Assembly (NCBI GenBank): GCA_022394755.1
Contig: JAGFCA010000005.1
Span: forward strand, 94,313-158,312
Reading direction: 5' to 3'
Origin: Candidatus Poribacteria bacterium
Lineage (GTDB): Bacteria > Poribacteria > WGA-4E > WGA-3G
Length of the DNA stretch: 64,000 nt
Shown: positions 42,265-51,373 of the stretch, piece after piece
Position numbering within the stretch: position 1 is the stretch's first letter
How the letters are laid out: each line of letters opens with the position of its first letter
Program-made: the position numbers and the translations under genes
The notes under the pieces: model-generated
Database searches by the model: none
What the model was told of the DNA's origin: nothing
Seen by the model: the letters and a program-made list of their open reading frames with translations, nothing else

Positions 42265-43554
42265 ATGAAAGTTGCTTATATTACAGCAGGTGCAGCAGGT
42301 ATGTACTGTGGCACTTGTATACATGACAATACAATGGCAAATGTACTTAAAAAGAGTGGACATGAAGTTTCATTAATTCCAACTTACACACCAACTCGAA
42401 CAGATGAAGAGAATGTAAGTATGAATCGTGTCTTCTATGGTGGCGTTAATGTTTTTTTACAACAGAAATTATCCATCTTTCGATACACACCATGGGCATT
42501 TGATAGAATCCTTGACAACCCATCACTACTAAACAGTTTGGCACAATTCAGTGCTTCGACGGATGCAAGAGACTTAGGTAAATTGACTGTTTCTATGCTC
42601 AAGGCAGAGAATGGAAAGCAAAAGAAAGAATTGACGAAATTAGTCAAATGGTTAAAAGAGAATGATAAACCTGATATCGTCTATTTAACCAATTCTATGC
42701 TTGTTGGTATGGCAAGAGAAATTAAAAAAGCATTAGATGTTCCTGTAGTCTGTGCTTTACAAGGTGAAGATATTTTTCTTAGGGACTTAATTGATCCATA
42801 TAAAGATATGGCATTGGAAGTGCTTGCAGAAAGAGCAGAAGATCCTGATGGATTTGTCGCGCCATGCTATTATTATGCTGATTTTATGGCAGAGGAATAT
42901 CTGAAAGTTCCTACACATAAAATTGATGTTGTTCCTTTAGGCGTGAATTTGGATGGACACGGTATGGTAAATGAGAGAACGGGTCCACCACCGTTTGTCA
43001 TCGGCTATTTGGCTCGGATTTGTCCGGAAAAAGGATTACACCATTTGGTCAATGCATTCTATACGCTTACAAGAGAAATCGGCACTGATACTGTTGAGTT
43101 ACACGTCGCTGGATATCTTGGTAAGAAAGATGAACCTTATTTTAAGGAATTAGTTAAACAGATTAACTCATGGGGTTTACAAGAAAGGTTTATACATTTT
43201 GGGGAAGTGAATAGGACAGAGAAGATAGAGTTTATGAACCGTTTACACATTTTTTCTGTACCAACTGTATATCGTGAATCAAAAGGTTTATCTATTTTAG
43301 AAGCACTTGCAAATGGTGTTCCTGTTGTTCAACCACAGCATGGATCGTTTCCTGAGATGATAAAGGCAACAAGTGGAGGAATTTTAGTCGACCCGGATTC
43401 TTCTGATGCACTTGCAGAAGGTATTCTCCAACTTTTCCGTGATCCTGCAAAAAGAAAGCAGTTAGGGATTGATGGTAAGAGAAATGTCCATGAGAAGTTT
43501 AATGACAGGGTCGTTTCACAACAATTAATGGATGTATTCAAAAAATATCTATAA
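42265..43554 (+). CDS. Glycosyltransferase family 4
   Basis: IGYLARICPEKG, E.KG...LEA.A.G.PVV; N-terminal GMYCGTC. Confidence 0.9.
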   Translation: MKVAYITAGAAGMYCGTCIHDNTMANVLKKSGHEVSLIPTYTPTRTDEENVSMNRVFYGGVNVFLQQKLSIFRYTPWAFDRILDNPSLLNSLAQFSASTDARDLGKLTVSMLKAENGKQKKELTKLVKWLKENDKPDIVYLTNSMLVGMAREIKKALDVPVVCALQGEDIFLRDLIDPYKDMALEVLAERAEDPDGFVAPCYYYADFMAEEYLKVPTHKIDVVPLGVNLDGHGMVNERTGPPPFVIGYLARICPEKGLHHLVNAFYTLTREIGTDTVELHVAGYLGKKDEPYFKELVKQINSWGLQERFIHFGEVNRTEKIEFMNRLHIFSVPTVYRESKGLSILEALANGVPVVQPQHGSFPEMIKATSGGILVDPDSSDALAEGILQLFRDPAKRKQLGIDGKRNVHEKFNDRVVSQQLMDVFKKYL

Positions 43555-43638
43555 CAAAATTCAGATAATGTAGATGGATACAAACATGATAAAATAGGTT
43601 TCTATATACTATCATTCAACTAATGGAGGTGATAGATA

Positions 43639-44115
43639 ATGACAAAAACATGGTTAATATTCGCAATCATGACAGTTTCATCTTGGGGACTTTACGGGGT
43701 ATTTCTTCATAAGGGTAAAGTTTCAATGGGTGATGAAGTAGGGGCAGGATTTAAAGCATTCCTCTTTGTTGGTCTTGCATATTTATTAGTAGCAGTGATA
43801 GGGTCTATGTTAATGTTGTGGCAAAGCGGTGCAACGTGGTCATTTTCTGGAAAAGGAGTTACATGGTCATTCATCGCAGGGGTCGTTGGTGCCGTTGGTG
43901 CATTCGGTGTATTACTCGCATTTGGAGCTAAAGGAAAACCAGCAGTTGTAATGTCCATCGTATTTGCTGGTGCACCTATTGTAAATGCTATTGTAGCAAC
44001 ACTATCACATCCACCAGAAGGTGGGTGGGGTGCTATTCGGTGGCAATTCGTTCTCGGCATCCTTTTGGCTGCACTTGGAGGTTGTTTAGTTACTTTCTTT
44101 AAACCGGGTTCATAA
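43639..44115 (+). CDS. EamA/DMT-like 5-TM membrane protein
   Basis: W...A......WG.YG, five hydrophobic helices. Confidence 0.7.
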   Translation: MTKTWLIFAIMTVSSWGLYGVFLHKGKVSMGDEVGAGFKAFLFVGLAYLLVAVIGSMLMLWQSGATWSFSGKGVTWSFIAGVVGAVGAFGVLLAFGAKGKPAVVMSIVFAGAPIVNAIVATLSHPPEGGWGAIRWQFVLGILLAALGGCLVTFFKPGS

Positions 44116-44225
44116 TTTGGAATATATTACCTCTAAAAATACCTACGACCATGATATTTATTCAATAGTAATTAGTTGTATGACAGATTAGAACTTCAAT
44201 TGATTTTATTCAGGAAATCGTATAA

Positions 44226-44259
44226 AAACAGGATTTACAGATAATCGTAAATCCTGTTT
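44226..44259. terminator. 13-bp hairpin, likely terminator of the transporter-GT4 operon
   Basis: AAACAGGATTTAC-N8-GTAAATCCTGTTT, A-run before and T-rich after. Confidence 0.7.
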
Positions 44260-44268
44260 CTTAATTTA

Positions 44269-44550
44269 CAGGACTTATGCAGGTTTTATGAAGAAAGGAA
44301 TACTTCTACGACTTACTCATTTCCACTGTGTCTGTAGCCTGGTGAAGCCTAATGGCACCCATAACGTTGATTTTCGGGACGAAAGATGTGTAGAAAACGT
44401 TGCAACCTCTATTCCTTAGCCCACGGGGCGAAAGGTGTATTTATATGGTTCTACCATCACTCTTAAACTGATAAAATAATTGTATGTGATATATGAAAAT
44501 AACAATTTTATACTAATCTGACTGATAACTCGATATTTTCGTGAGTCCTG
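44269..44550. mobile_element. Possible degenerate MITE
   Basis: Imperfect terminal IR CAGGACTTATGCA / TTCGTGAGTCCTG (10/13) around noncoding DNA with GC-rich REP-like remnants. Confidence 0.35.
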
Positions 44551-44709
44551 ATTAATACCATTTCTATAAACATCTTCCATGCGAATCAATTGTATAAATA
44601 CTTCTGAAGATAGAATTGTGTATGTAGGTTTTGAATTACGGTAATTGAAATAAATTAATCTATCTTTTTCATACTTGATGTATCTATCAATTTAGAACTG
44701 GAGTTTCTT

Positions 44710-45294
44710 ATGAGCACAGAAGAATTAAATGATATTGAGGATGCTGAACTAATAATTGCTGTGCTATCGGGTAATCTCCATGCATTTGACGAATTAGTCC
44801 TTAGATATCAAAAAGCTATGTTGATGGTGGCACAACAGATTGTGAATGATCCAACCGAAGCAGAAGATATTGTACAAGATGCATTTATATTGGCTTTTGA
44901 ATCTCTCACCCAACTGGAAAATCTCAACCGTTTCGGCGCTTGGCTCTATTCAATCACGCGGCACCGAGCATTACGCCACATAAGAAAAGCAAGTCGTTTC
45001 CAATATCATGAAGATATAGATGATGAATTAAGGCTTGAGGCTAACCCTGATTCTACAGATCCGGCAAACCTTATCTTACAACAATCAGTACATGAGGGAG
45101 TTAGAAAATGTATTATGTCTTTGCCAGAAGAATTTCAGGAGGTCATAAAACTTTATTATTGGGTAGATATGCCACAGAAGAGAATTGCTGAATTCTTATC
45201 TCTGCCACTAACTACCGTTAAATGGAGATTACACAAAGCAAAGGAACAATTAAAAGAGATTATGGAAAGACAAGGATTTGGAGAGATTGATTAA
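44710..45294 (+). CDS. ECF sigma factor (sigma-70 group 4)
   Basis: D.ELI...G...AFDELV.RY, AEDIVQDAF, F.AWLY.I, IAE.L.LP..TVK.RL..A. Confidence 0.95.
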   Translation: MSTEELNDIEDAELIIAVLSGNLHAFDELVLRYQKAMLMVAQQIVNDPTEAEDIVQDAFILAFESLTQLENLNRFGAWLYSITRHRALRHIRKASRFQYHEDIDDELRLEANPDSTDPANLILQQSVHEGVRKCIMSLPEEFQEVIKLYYWVDMPQKRIAEFLSLPLTTVKWRLHKAKEQLKEIMERQGFGEID

Positions 45295-45377
45295 CTTTAG
45301 TTTGATAAATCAGATCTTTGTATTTGGTATTACATTCATAAACTATCTGAGATATAGAATTTAGATGAGGTGTGAGG

Positions 45378-46769
45378 ATGAATCAGCAACAAGAAGAAAT
45401 TCGTGGATTATTCCATATCGTTGAACAAACAGCTGAAATTGCCGAGGATTCAACGTTAACACAATCCTTTAAAGAAGGAGAAAAACGTTGTATTAGCCAA
45501 TTTAACAACGTACTGGAACGCCTGAATGAGATGGATGCTATACCAAGAGATCTCTTTGATCCATTACCAGAGGATGCAACTTTCTCTGAGATTAGTATTG
45601 CCTGTCATCATCTTGCCGCTTATCTGAGCGAGGGTGTAGATACATCAACAGATTTAAAGGGTATGTTTACCAATTTTCTTGGGAAACGGTTTGGTACAAA
45701 TATAAGTGAAGATATGAAAGATACATCAATAGATGTATTAATTCGTAAATCAATGCCAGATTTCTTTGTCCAAACAAAGTTGGAGGATATAAAAAAGTCT
45801 TTCAATGCAAGTGATACGGGAAATTTGACACTCGAAACGCATCTTGGGAACATTGATATACACACTTCACAAACAAATGTAATTGATGTGGTGGTAAGAC
45901 GTTCAGCACAATTGAAAATCGACAAGAGTATACTGGAAATACTAAACGACTTTGAAGTGGAATTTAACGAGAATGATCAGGATATACACATTGATGCGAA
46001 GTTTAAGAGTAGTAAAAGCTATTGGGAGAAAATGGCACAACGGTTCGATATACATTTTGACATTACAGTACCTCAAAGTCTTGAAGTAAATCTGAAGACA
46101 GGTCAAGGTGATATTATAATTCAAGATGTGGATGGAGATACCAAAGCAAACTCTCTTGATGGAGATCTCTCATTTAAAAACATCACGGGCACAGTTATTG
46201 GACATACATCAAAGGGTAGTGTTAGGTTGCATAGTTGCAATGGAGATGTATATCTACGATCAACACAAGGGAATATAGAGGTATCTGATAATACTGGTGT
46301 TGTTGATGTGATGACTTCCGATGGAGATATTCTTTGTGATGGCGTAATTGGAAATATTGAAGGTAAGACGGATAAGGGAGATATCGTTTTAACCGAATGC
46401 AGGGGTGGTGCCAATCTCAAATCCACGAATGGAACAATAGAAGTTGAGAATGACGGACCTGTAATTGCCAGAACATCTGATGGTGTATTAAAGGTCAAAT
46501 TCTCTGGACAACCACAGCACGATTCTGTATTGGATGCAGCTGGTGGTGGAATTACTGTTGAATTTATTCCAGAGATTGATATCAACATTGATGCACAAAG
46601 TAGCAATGGCAAGATAACAACAGAATTTCCTGTCGCTGCAATTGTTCATGGAACAATTAAGGTGGGTGAATTACAGGGACAAATAAAGAACGGTGGACCA
46701 CTTGTAAGATTCCGTTCTATTGGCGGAGATATCAACCTAAAACAGATGGAAATAGATAATGATTCTTGA
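45378..46769 (+). CDS. DUF4097 beta-strand repeat protein with helical N-terminal domain
   Basis: Repeated T..G.I / S..G.I motifs ending S.GG.I.L; downstream of ECF sigma. Confidence 0.85.
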   Translation: MNQQQEEIRGLFHIVEQTAEIAEDSTLTQSFKEGEKRCISQFNNVLERLNEMDAIPRDLFDPLPEDATFSEISIACHHLAAYLSEGVDTSTDLKGMFTNFLGKRFGTNISEDMKDTSIDVLIRKSMPDFFVQTKLEDIKKSFNASDTGNLTLETHLGNIDIHTSQTNVIDVVVRRSAQLKIDKSILEILNDFEVEFNENDQDIHIDAKFKSSKSYWEKMAQRFDIHFDITVPQSLEVNLKTGQGDIIIQDVDGDTKANSLDGDLSFKNITGTVIGHTSKGSVRLHSCNGDVYLRSTQGNIEVSDNTGVVDVMTSDGDILCDGVIGNIEGKTDKGDIVLTECRGGANLKSTNGTIEVENDGPVIARTSDGVLKVKFSGQPQHDSVLDAAGGGITVEFIPEIDINIDAQSSNGKITTEFPVAAIVHGTIKVGELQGQIKNGGPLVRFRSIGGDINLKQMEIDNDS

Positions 46770-46919
46770 TATAAAGATAGTAAATCAAATCATATAGTTC
46801 GTTATTGATGTCTGAAATTTGATATATATCACAGATAAAACAGAAAAATATGAGAATTACTGATTATGTCAACCCCCATCTCGATTTAGGGGGTAATTCT
46901 TTAATAATTCATCAAAGAG

Positions 46920-47144
46920 TTTGCCGTCGATCCCCTGAAATTGATGAATTTGCATAGGTAGAAAATTGAACAAAATTGCTAAAAAACACCTCTCACCCCA
47001 GTTCCAGCATAGTGCCGTCGACCTCCCAGTGAATTTGCACGATTGAGGGTCGACGGCAACCCAGTCTAAAATTTCAGTAAAAGTAAATTACCTTGACAGT
47101 AACAGTAAGGATTCTGTATTATATTAATATTGATTTTGTATAGC
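46920..47144 (+). promoter_or_regulatory. CRISPR leader with promoter
   Basis: TGCCGTCGA at 46922; 11-bp IR TGCCGTCGACC (47013)/GGTCGACGGCA (47048); TTGACA(47093)-18 bp-TATTAT(47117); AT-rich up to the first repeat. Confidence 0.75.
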
Positions 47145-47511
47145 CTTTTAATCGTACCAATCTGGAATCGAAACTCGAAATGGGTCGGGAGCGAAAGTGT
47201 GCCGGCTTTCGCATTCTTTTAATCGTACCAATCTGGAATCGAAACAGTGCGTTACTGAATAGAATAGTAAAGTGTGGTTCAACTTTTAATCGTACCAATC
47301 TGGAATCGAAACTTGGAATATCTGGCAATCTCCACAAGTGGTGTTTGTGCTTTTAATCGTACCAATCTGGAATCGAAACGTTCATTACTTCAAATATCTG
47401 ATATATGTAATCATCCTTTTAATCGTACCAATCTGGAATCGAAACACCGCACCAGTTGAAAGTGTTCGCGATATTCCACAACTTTTAATCGTACCAATCT
47501 GGAATCGAAAC
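47145..47511 (+). CRISPR. CRISPR array, 6 identical 30-nt repeats, 5 spacers (orphan)
   Basis: CTTTTAATCGTACCAATCTGGAATCGAAAC at 47145, 47216, 47283, 47350, 47416, 47482; spacers 41, 37, 37, 36, 36 nt; 3' GAAAC suggests a class 1 (I-B-like) repeat. Confidence 0.97.
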
Positions 47512-47512
47512 A

Positions 47513-47534
47513 CAACTGGACAAAAGTCCAGTTG
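47513..47534 (+). terminator. Hairpin directly after the last CRISPR repeat
   Basis: CAACTGGAC-AAAA-GTCCAGTTG followed by T-rich sequence. Confidence 0.6.
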
Positions 47535-47600
47535 ATACATTTATCTTATATTTCCTACCCAAATTTTCAATTTACACACGAACACTTCTCTTCTCGGCAT

Positions 47601-47790
47601 AATCAGCGTAATCTGTGATTCAGACAATATTCTCTGCGTAATCGAAAATAATCCGTAATTCAGAAAACGATAGCATCCACCTCCAACCCCTTCTTATCCG
47701 TGTATTCCGTGAATCGGAAAATGAAATTATCCCATCCAAACCCTTCTTATCAGCGCATTCTGCGAAATCTGTGTAATCCGCGATTCAGAT
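47601..47790. repeat. Degenerate ~9-bp periodic repeats (AATC.GYGT) ending in GATTCAGA
   Basis: AATCAGCGTAATCTGTGATTCAGAC (47601) and AATCTGTGTAATCCGCGATTCAGAT (47766), plus a duplicated CCCTTCTTATC unit. Confidence 0.7.
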
Positions 47791-48083
47791 ACACCCCTAT
47801 AGGCTTAAGATCACAAAATCTATGGTTTTAAATCCAAATTAATCGTATCTTCAAATAATTTAAATTAAAATGAAGAATATATAGTCAAAGTTCAACTAAC
47901 TTATAACTATCAAGCAAAATCACTTGTCAACACAGAATTATAATTATATAATATTATATCGTTATTATATATAATTACTTATTTAACAAACTCTTGTTGG
48001 AACAGAATAATGAGAAAAAATAAAAATCATCGCACCATGGATCATCCTCAAAACGGAATATCTTTGGTACAAAACAGGTGGGA

Positions 48084-48859
48084 TTTTTCAAGTTTTTCAA
48101 GTTTTGAATTTTTTACCCGTATAATCCAAACATACGTAAACCTTCTCTCCATCTGGGTTTATAGGCTATTTCAAAAGCCTATTCTTAAAAATCGACTTGA
48201 AAAACTTGAAAAACTTGAAGAACACGAAAAACTTGAAAACAGACCTACTTTAAACACCACAGGAAAAATAATTATCATTCCTAACACTGTCCTCACAAAT
48301 ACATATCGTCCATACAGAAATAAATCTATGCATAGAGTCGGACAATCTCCGTCCATTGGTTCAGAATATAGCTCATGGCAACATCAAAGATACCTCATCT
48401 ATACGGTTAATGAGTTATATTCAAACATATTGTCAAAATGGCAGGTTAAGAGATTTCACATTCAAACGATTCCAAATCAATGGATTGCAAAAAAGTAAAA
48501 AATACAAAATTTCTACATTTTGCACTTTTTTGCCATTTTACAAAAACCTCTATAAACCCAGTACCGTACTGACGCTATAAAGGTTTTCCAATCCTACACT
48601 TTGTAGGAAAAGTGTAACATTTTTGCCAATATAGCATTATACATATTACTAATGCTAACATCTGAAAAAGCGTAGATATGCTTAAAAGGGATTGTTAGAC
48701 ACAACTCAGAATTAACACCATCATAGAACATGAGTGCTTAAACTTCAGAGTATTCAGAGTAAATCAGAAAACACAAAAATGTAGAAAACAGCTCCAAAAC
48801 CTTACTATAACTAACTTTATACCAATTGTTTAATATCACTCATAAGAGTTTACTCTGAA
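48084..48859. repeat. Three modules of short iterated inverted repeats spaced ~85-92 bp
   Basis: 19-bp IR 48084-48102/48195-48213; imperfect IR ~48510/48602; 11-bp IR 48753-48763/48849-48859. Confidence 0.7.
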
Positions 48860-48987
48860 AATTGCAATGACACATCAATAGAACAAACAAACGAAAAATC
48901 CTGATTTCCTTCTACAAACTATATTTTTTTATACCTTTTACCAACATATTATACGCTATAAATTAAAACCAATTCAGGATCGTTGTT

Positions 48988-49128
48988 ATGCCGAAGAAAA
49001 TCACTACAATCTGTATACTCACAGATGAAGAATTAATTCGATTTGTCCAGAATAGAGATCAGAATGCATTTTCGGAACTCATCACGCGATGGACACCGAG
49101 GATAAAAGGGGTACAACGTATCTCATAA
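48988..49128 (+). pseudogene. Truncated ECF sigma factor N-terminus
   Basis: MPKKITTICILTDEELIRFVQNRDQNAFSELITRWTPRIKGV|QRIS*; the stop comes from the inserted IR element. Confidence 0.7.
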
Positions 49129-49255
49129 ATACGGATCGTGCGTTTATATTTAATTCCTCTTTCGTGGGGCGGGTTTCCCACCCCGTTGTATCAATATATA
49201 ATGCATGGTAAGATCCAAGAATCTTCCAAATATTTGATTTATGAGATAGGGTCTA
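49112..49255. mobile_element. MITE-like element (144 bp)
   Basis: Terminal IR TACAACGTATCTCATAAAT / ATTTATGAGATAGGGTCTA (16/19, inner 12 perfect), TA at both ends, internal GC palindrome GGGGCGGG-TTT-CCCACCCC. Confidence 0.65.
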
Positions 49256-49802
49256 CATAATACATGGTAAAACCGTATGTTTTTTCAAATATAATTTTTC
49301 AGATTGAAACTATCTACTAAACCAACATTAGTTGAATGGAACATTAGAGACATTAAATCGCAAAAAACCTAATAATCATTATTCCAGTTGGGATAATGAT
49401 TCCGTGTAACTATTCGGAATATCAAGCAATTTGTCACGTTAATATTATTTAGATTAAGCTATTTTTCATTTTTTGCACCTTTTCATACCTTAATAATGTG
49501 TCTTTAATTAATAGAGACTATGTAAGTAAGAGTGTGTAAAACTTATGCCATAACAACTATCATAAAACTATCGGATCACACTTAGTATATCCAAATCAGG
49601 ACTTACAAGGTATACATAGAGTAAAGGTTGGTTTATCCAAATATTCCGATAATGCAGTTTTCAGCTTTTACACCCTAAGTTCTCATATTAAGTGAACTTT
49701 AGGGACAAATTACTAAGCCTTGAATTATTCACAGGTTTATCAAAGTTAATAATTGCAATAACCGATATACTTTAAAAGTATGTCAACATAAAGGAACAAG
49801 AA

Positions 49803-50158
49803 ATGTCAAAATCAAAAAATTTAATCACAACATCTCTGGTTATATGTCTTTTGACTACTATTTGTCTGCATCTCATAATGGACACGGTCCTCCATGTAAT
49901 CTGACAACAGAGATAAAAGCCTCATTCCCTGAATTAAATATAGAAGACAGAAAAAATCCCACCAACAGTGGTAGGATTTCAGAAAACTCTGGTGACAGAT
50001 CATGGTGTGATACTGATTCCTCTTATGGAACGACAATATTTGGAGGGGTTACTGACGATTCGTATTCTGGTGAGGCATACGTTAGAATCATTGCAACAGT
50101 TGGTGGAGAACAGGACGATTATCATCTGACTAATACGATGGATTGTGTCCACCCCTAG
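49803..50158 (+). pseudogene. Small secreted protein, apparently frameshifted by 1 nt
   Basis: RBS AAGGA plus ATG 49803 gives signal peptide MSKSKNLITTSLVICLLTT. One extra T at ~49861 would join it to LSASHNGHGPPCNL... (ORF 49844-50158). Confidence 0.6.
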
Positions 50159-50168
50159 CCATATCAAC

Positions 50169-50207
50169 TGCCATTCTGAAGGAATATTAAATTCCTTCAG
50201 AATGGCA
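50169..50207. repeat. 17-bp perfect intercistronic hairpin
   Basis: TGCCATTCTGAAGGAAT-ATTAA-ATTCCTTCAGAATGGCA, immediately before the AAGGAG RBS; no U-tract. Confidence 0.85.
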
Positions 50208-50221
50208 TAAGGAGAAATTAC

Positions 50222-51304
50222 ATGCGAATATTTATATGTATAATTCTTTTGTTCTTATTAATCTCCCCCTTGGCAAATGCTAAAATAGTTTTCGCAGCAC
50301 GAGTCGAAGAAGGTATTAAAGGTATATTCGTGATGGAGGATGATGGTACAGGTGTCACTGAACTACTCACCGACACACGTTATCCCACTACACCCCGATG
50401 GTCTCCCGATGGGAAGCAGATTGTGTTCTCAAGATGGGCAAGTCCTGAAAATCAACAACAAGATCTGGTTGTTTTAATGAACACGGACGGTACAAATCAA
50501 CGGATTATAACAGAACCAAGAACTAAAAGCAGACACCCCGTATTTTCACCAAATGGTAAGTTTATTCTACTAAATAGAGTCGGTAGAATAAAAAACATGG
50601 TGAAATACTATGCTTATATAATTGAACTGGAGACCGGAATAGAAAAAAGACTGACAGATTTCGGTGTAAGTTTTCCAGATTGGTCTCCGGACGGTAGACA
50701 GATAGTTTATTCTACAATCCCAATCTTAGGAAGAACTATGAAAAGTCTTTGGATTATGCATAGTGACGGTGGAGGGGAACGTCCACTGCTCCCACCATTA
50801 CCACCAGGGGATACATTGATAGACAAGGCTTATCCCAAGTGGTCACCAGATGGACAGCAGATACTATATTATGAGTTAGAATCAAAGTTCAATCCAAAAG
50901 ACGGTTTTATTCCTCACGAACATCGTTATTTTATTTATGATCTAACCACAAAACAGAATCAGCGGCTACGGATACCAAAGACATACAGATGTTCATCTAT
51001 TGATTGGATGGATAATGGAAAATCTATTGCCTTCAGTGCTGTCGAAATAAAGTTGAAGCATCCAGTAGGTACAGTATGGCATGATTATCATATATATAAA
51101 TACAACATAGCCACTGGCACCATCACCCGCTTGACTGACCAAACTTGGGAAAATATTTCACTGGATTGGATTGATGACGACCTGTTGCCTGTATCCCCAA
51201 AAGAAAAAAAACAATCACAATGGGGAAAATTAAAATCTTCCTTACTCACATATCGTAAAACATTTATGTTAATATCTGACAGTCTGTCATATTTTGTTAA
51301 ATAA
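50222..51304 (+). CDS. Secreted TolB-like beta-propeller protein (paralog of 493-1548)
   Basis: Signal peptide then AKIVF, WSPDG repeats, DWMD.GKSI.FSA, VSPKEKKQSQWGKLK. Confidence 0.88.
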   Translation: MRIFICIILLFLLISPLANAKIVFAARVEEGIKGIFVMEDDGTGVTELLTDTRYPTTPRWSPDGKQIVFSRWASPENQQQDLVVLMNTDGTNQRIITEPRTKSRHPVFSPNGKFILLNRVGRIKNMVKYYAYIIELETGIEKRLTDFGVSFPDWSPDGRQIVYSTIPILGRTMKSLWIMHSDGGGERPLLPPLPPGDTLIDKAYPKWSPDGQQILYYELESKFNPKDGFIPHEHRYFIYDLTTKQNQRLRIPKTYRCSSIDWMDNGKSIAFSAVEIKLKHPVGTVWHDYHIYKYNIATGTITRLTDQTWENISLDWIDDDLLPVSPKEKKQSQWGKLKSSLLTYRKTFMLISDSLSYFVK

Positions 51305-51373
51305 AAAGGGACGGGGAATGTTCTACCGTCCTGAGAAATAACAATTCTTCTCTTAAATTGACGCTATGAATCA

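Noticed and set aside
44710..46769. ECF sigma/DUF4097 as CRISPR-associated genes
   Set aside because: A common stand-alone pair with no Cas motifs; adjacency alone is insufficient.
47175..47481. Self-targeting spacers
   Set aside because: No match noticed by eye within the window; needs BLAST, so not claimed.
47119..47535. Short ORFs 47119-47337, 47274-47459, 47338-47535
   Set aside because: They are translations of the CRISPR repeats (LLIVPIWNRN).
48010..48580. ORFs 48010-48498, 48171-48356, 48356-48580
   Set aside because: Low-complexity LEKLEK/SSFSSF arises from the 9-bp inverted iterons; no recognisable domain.
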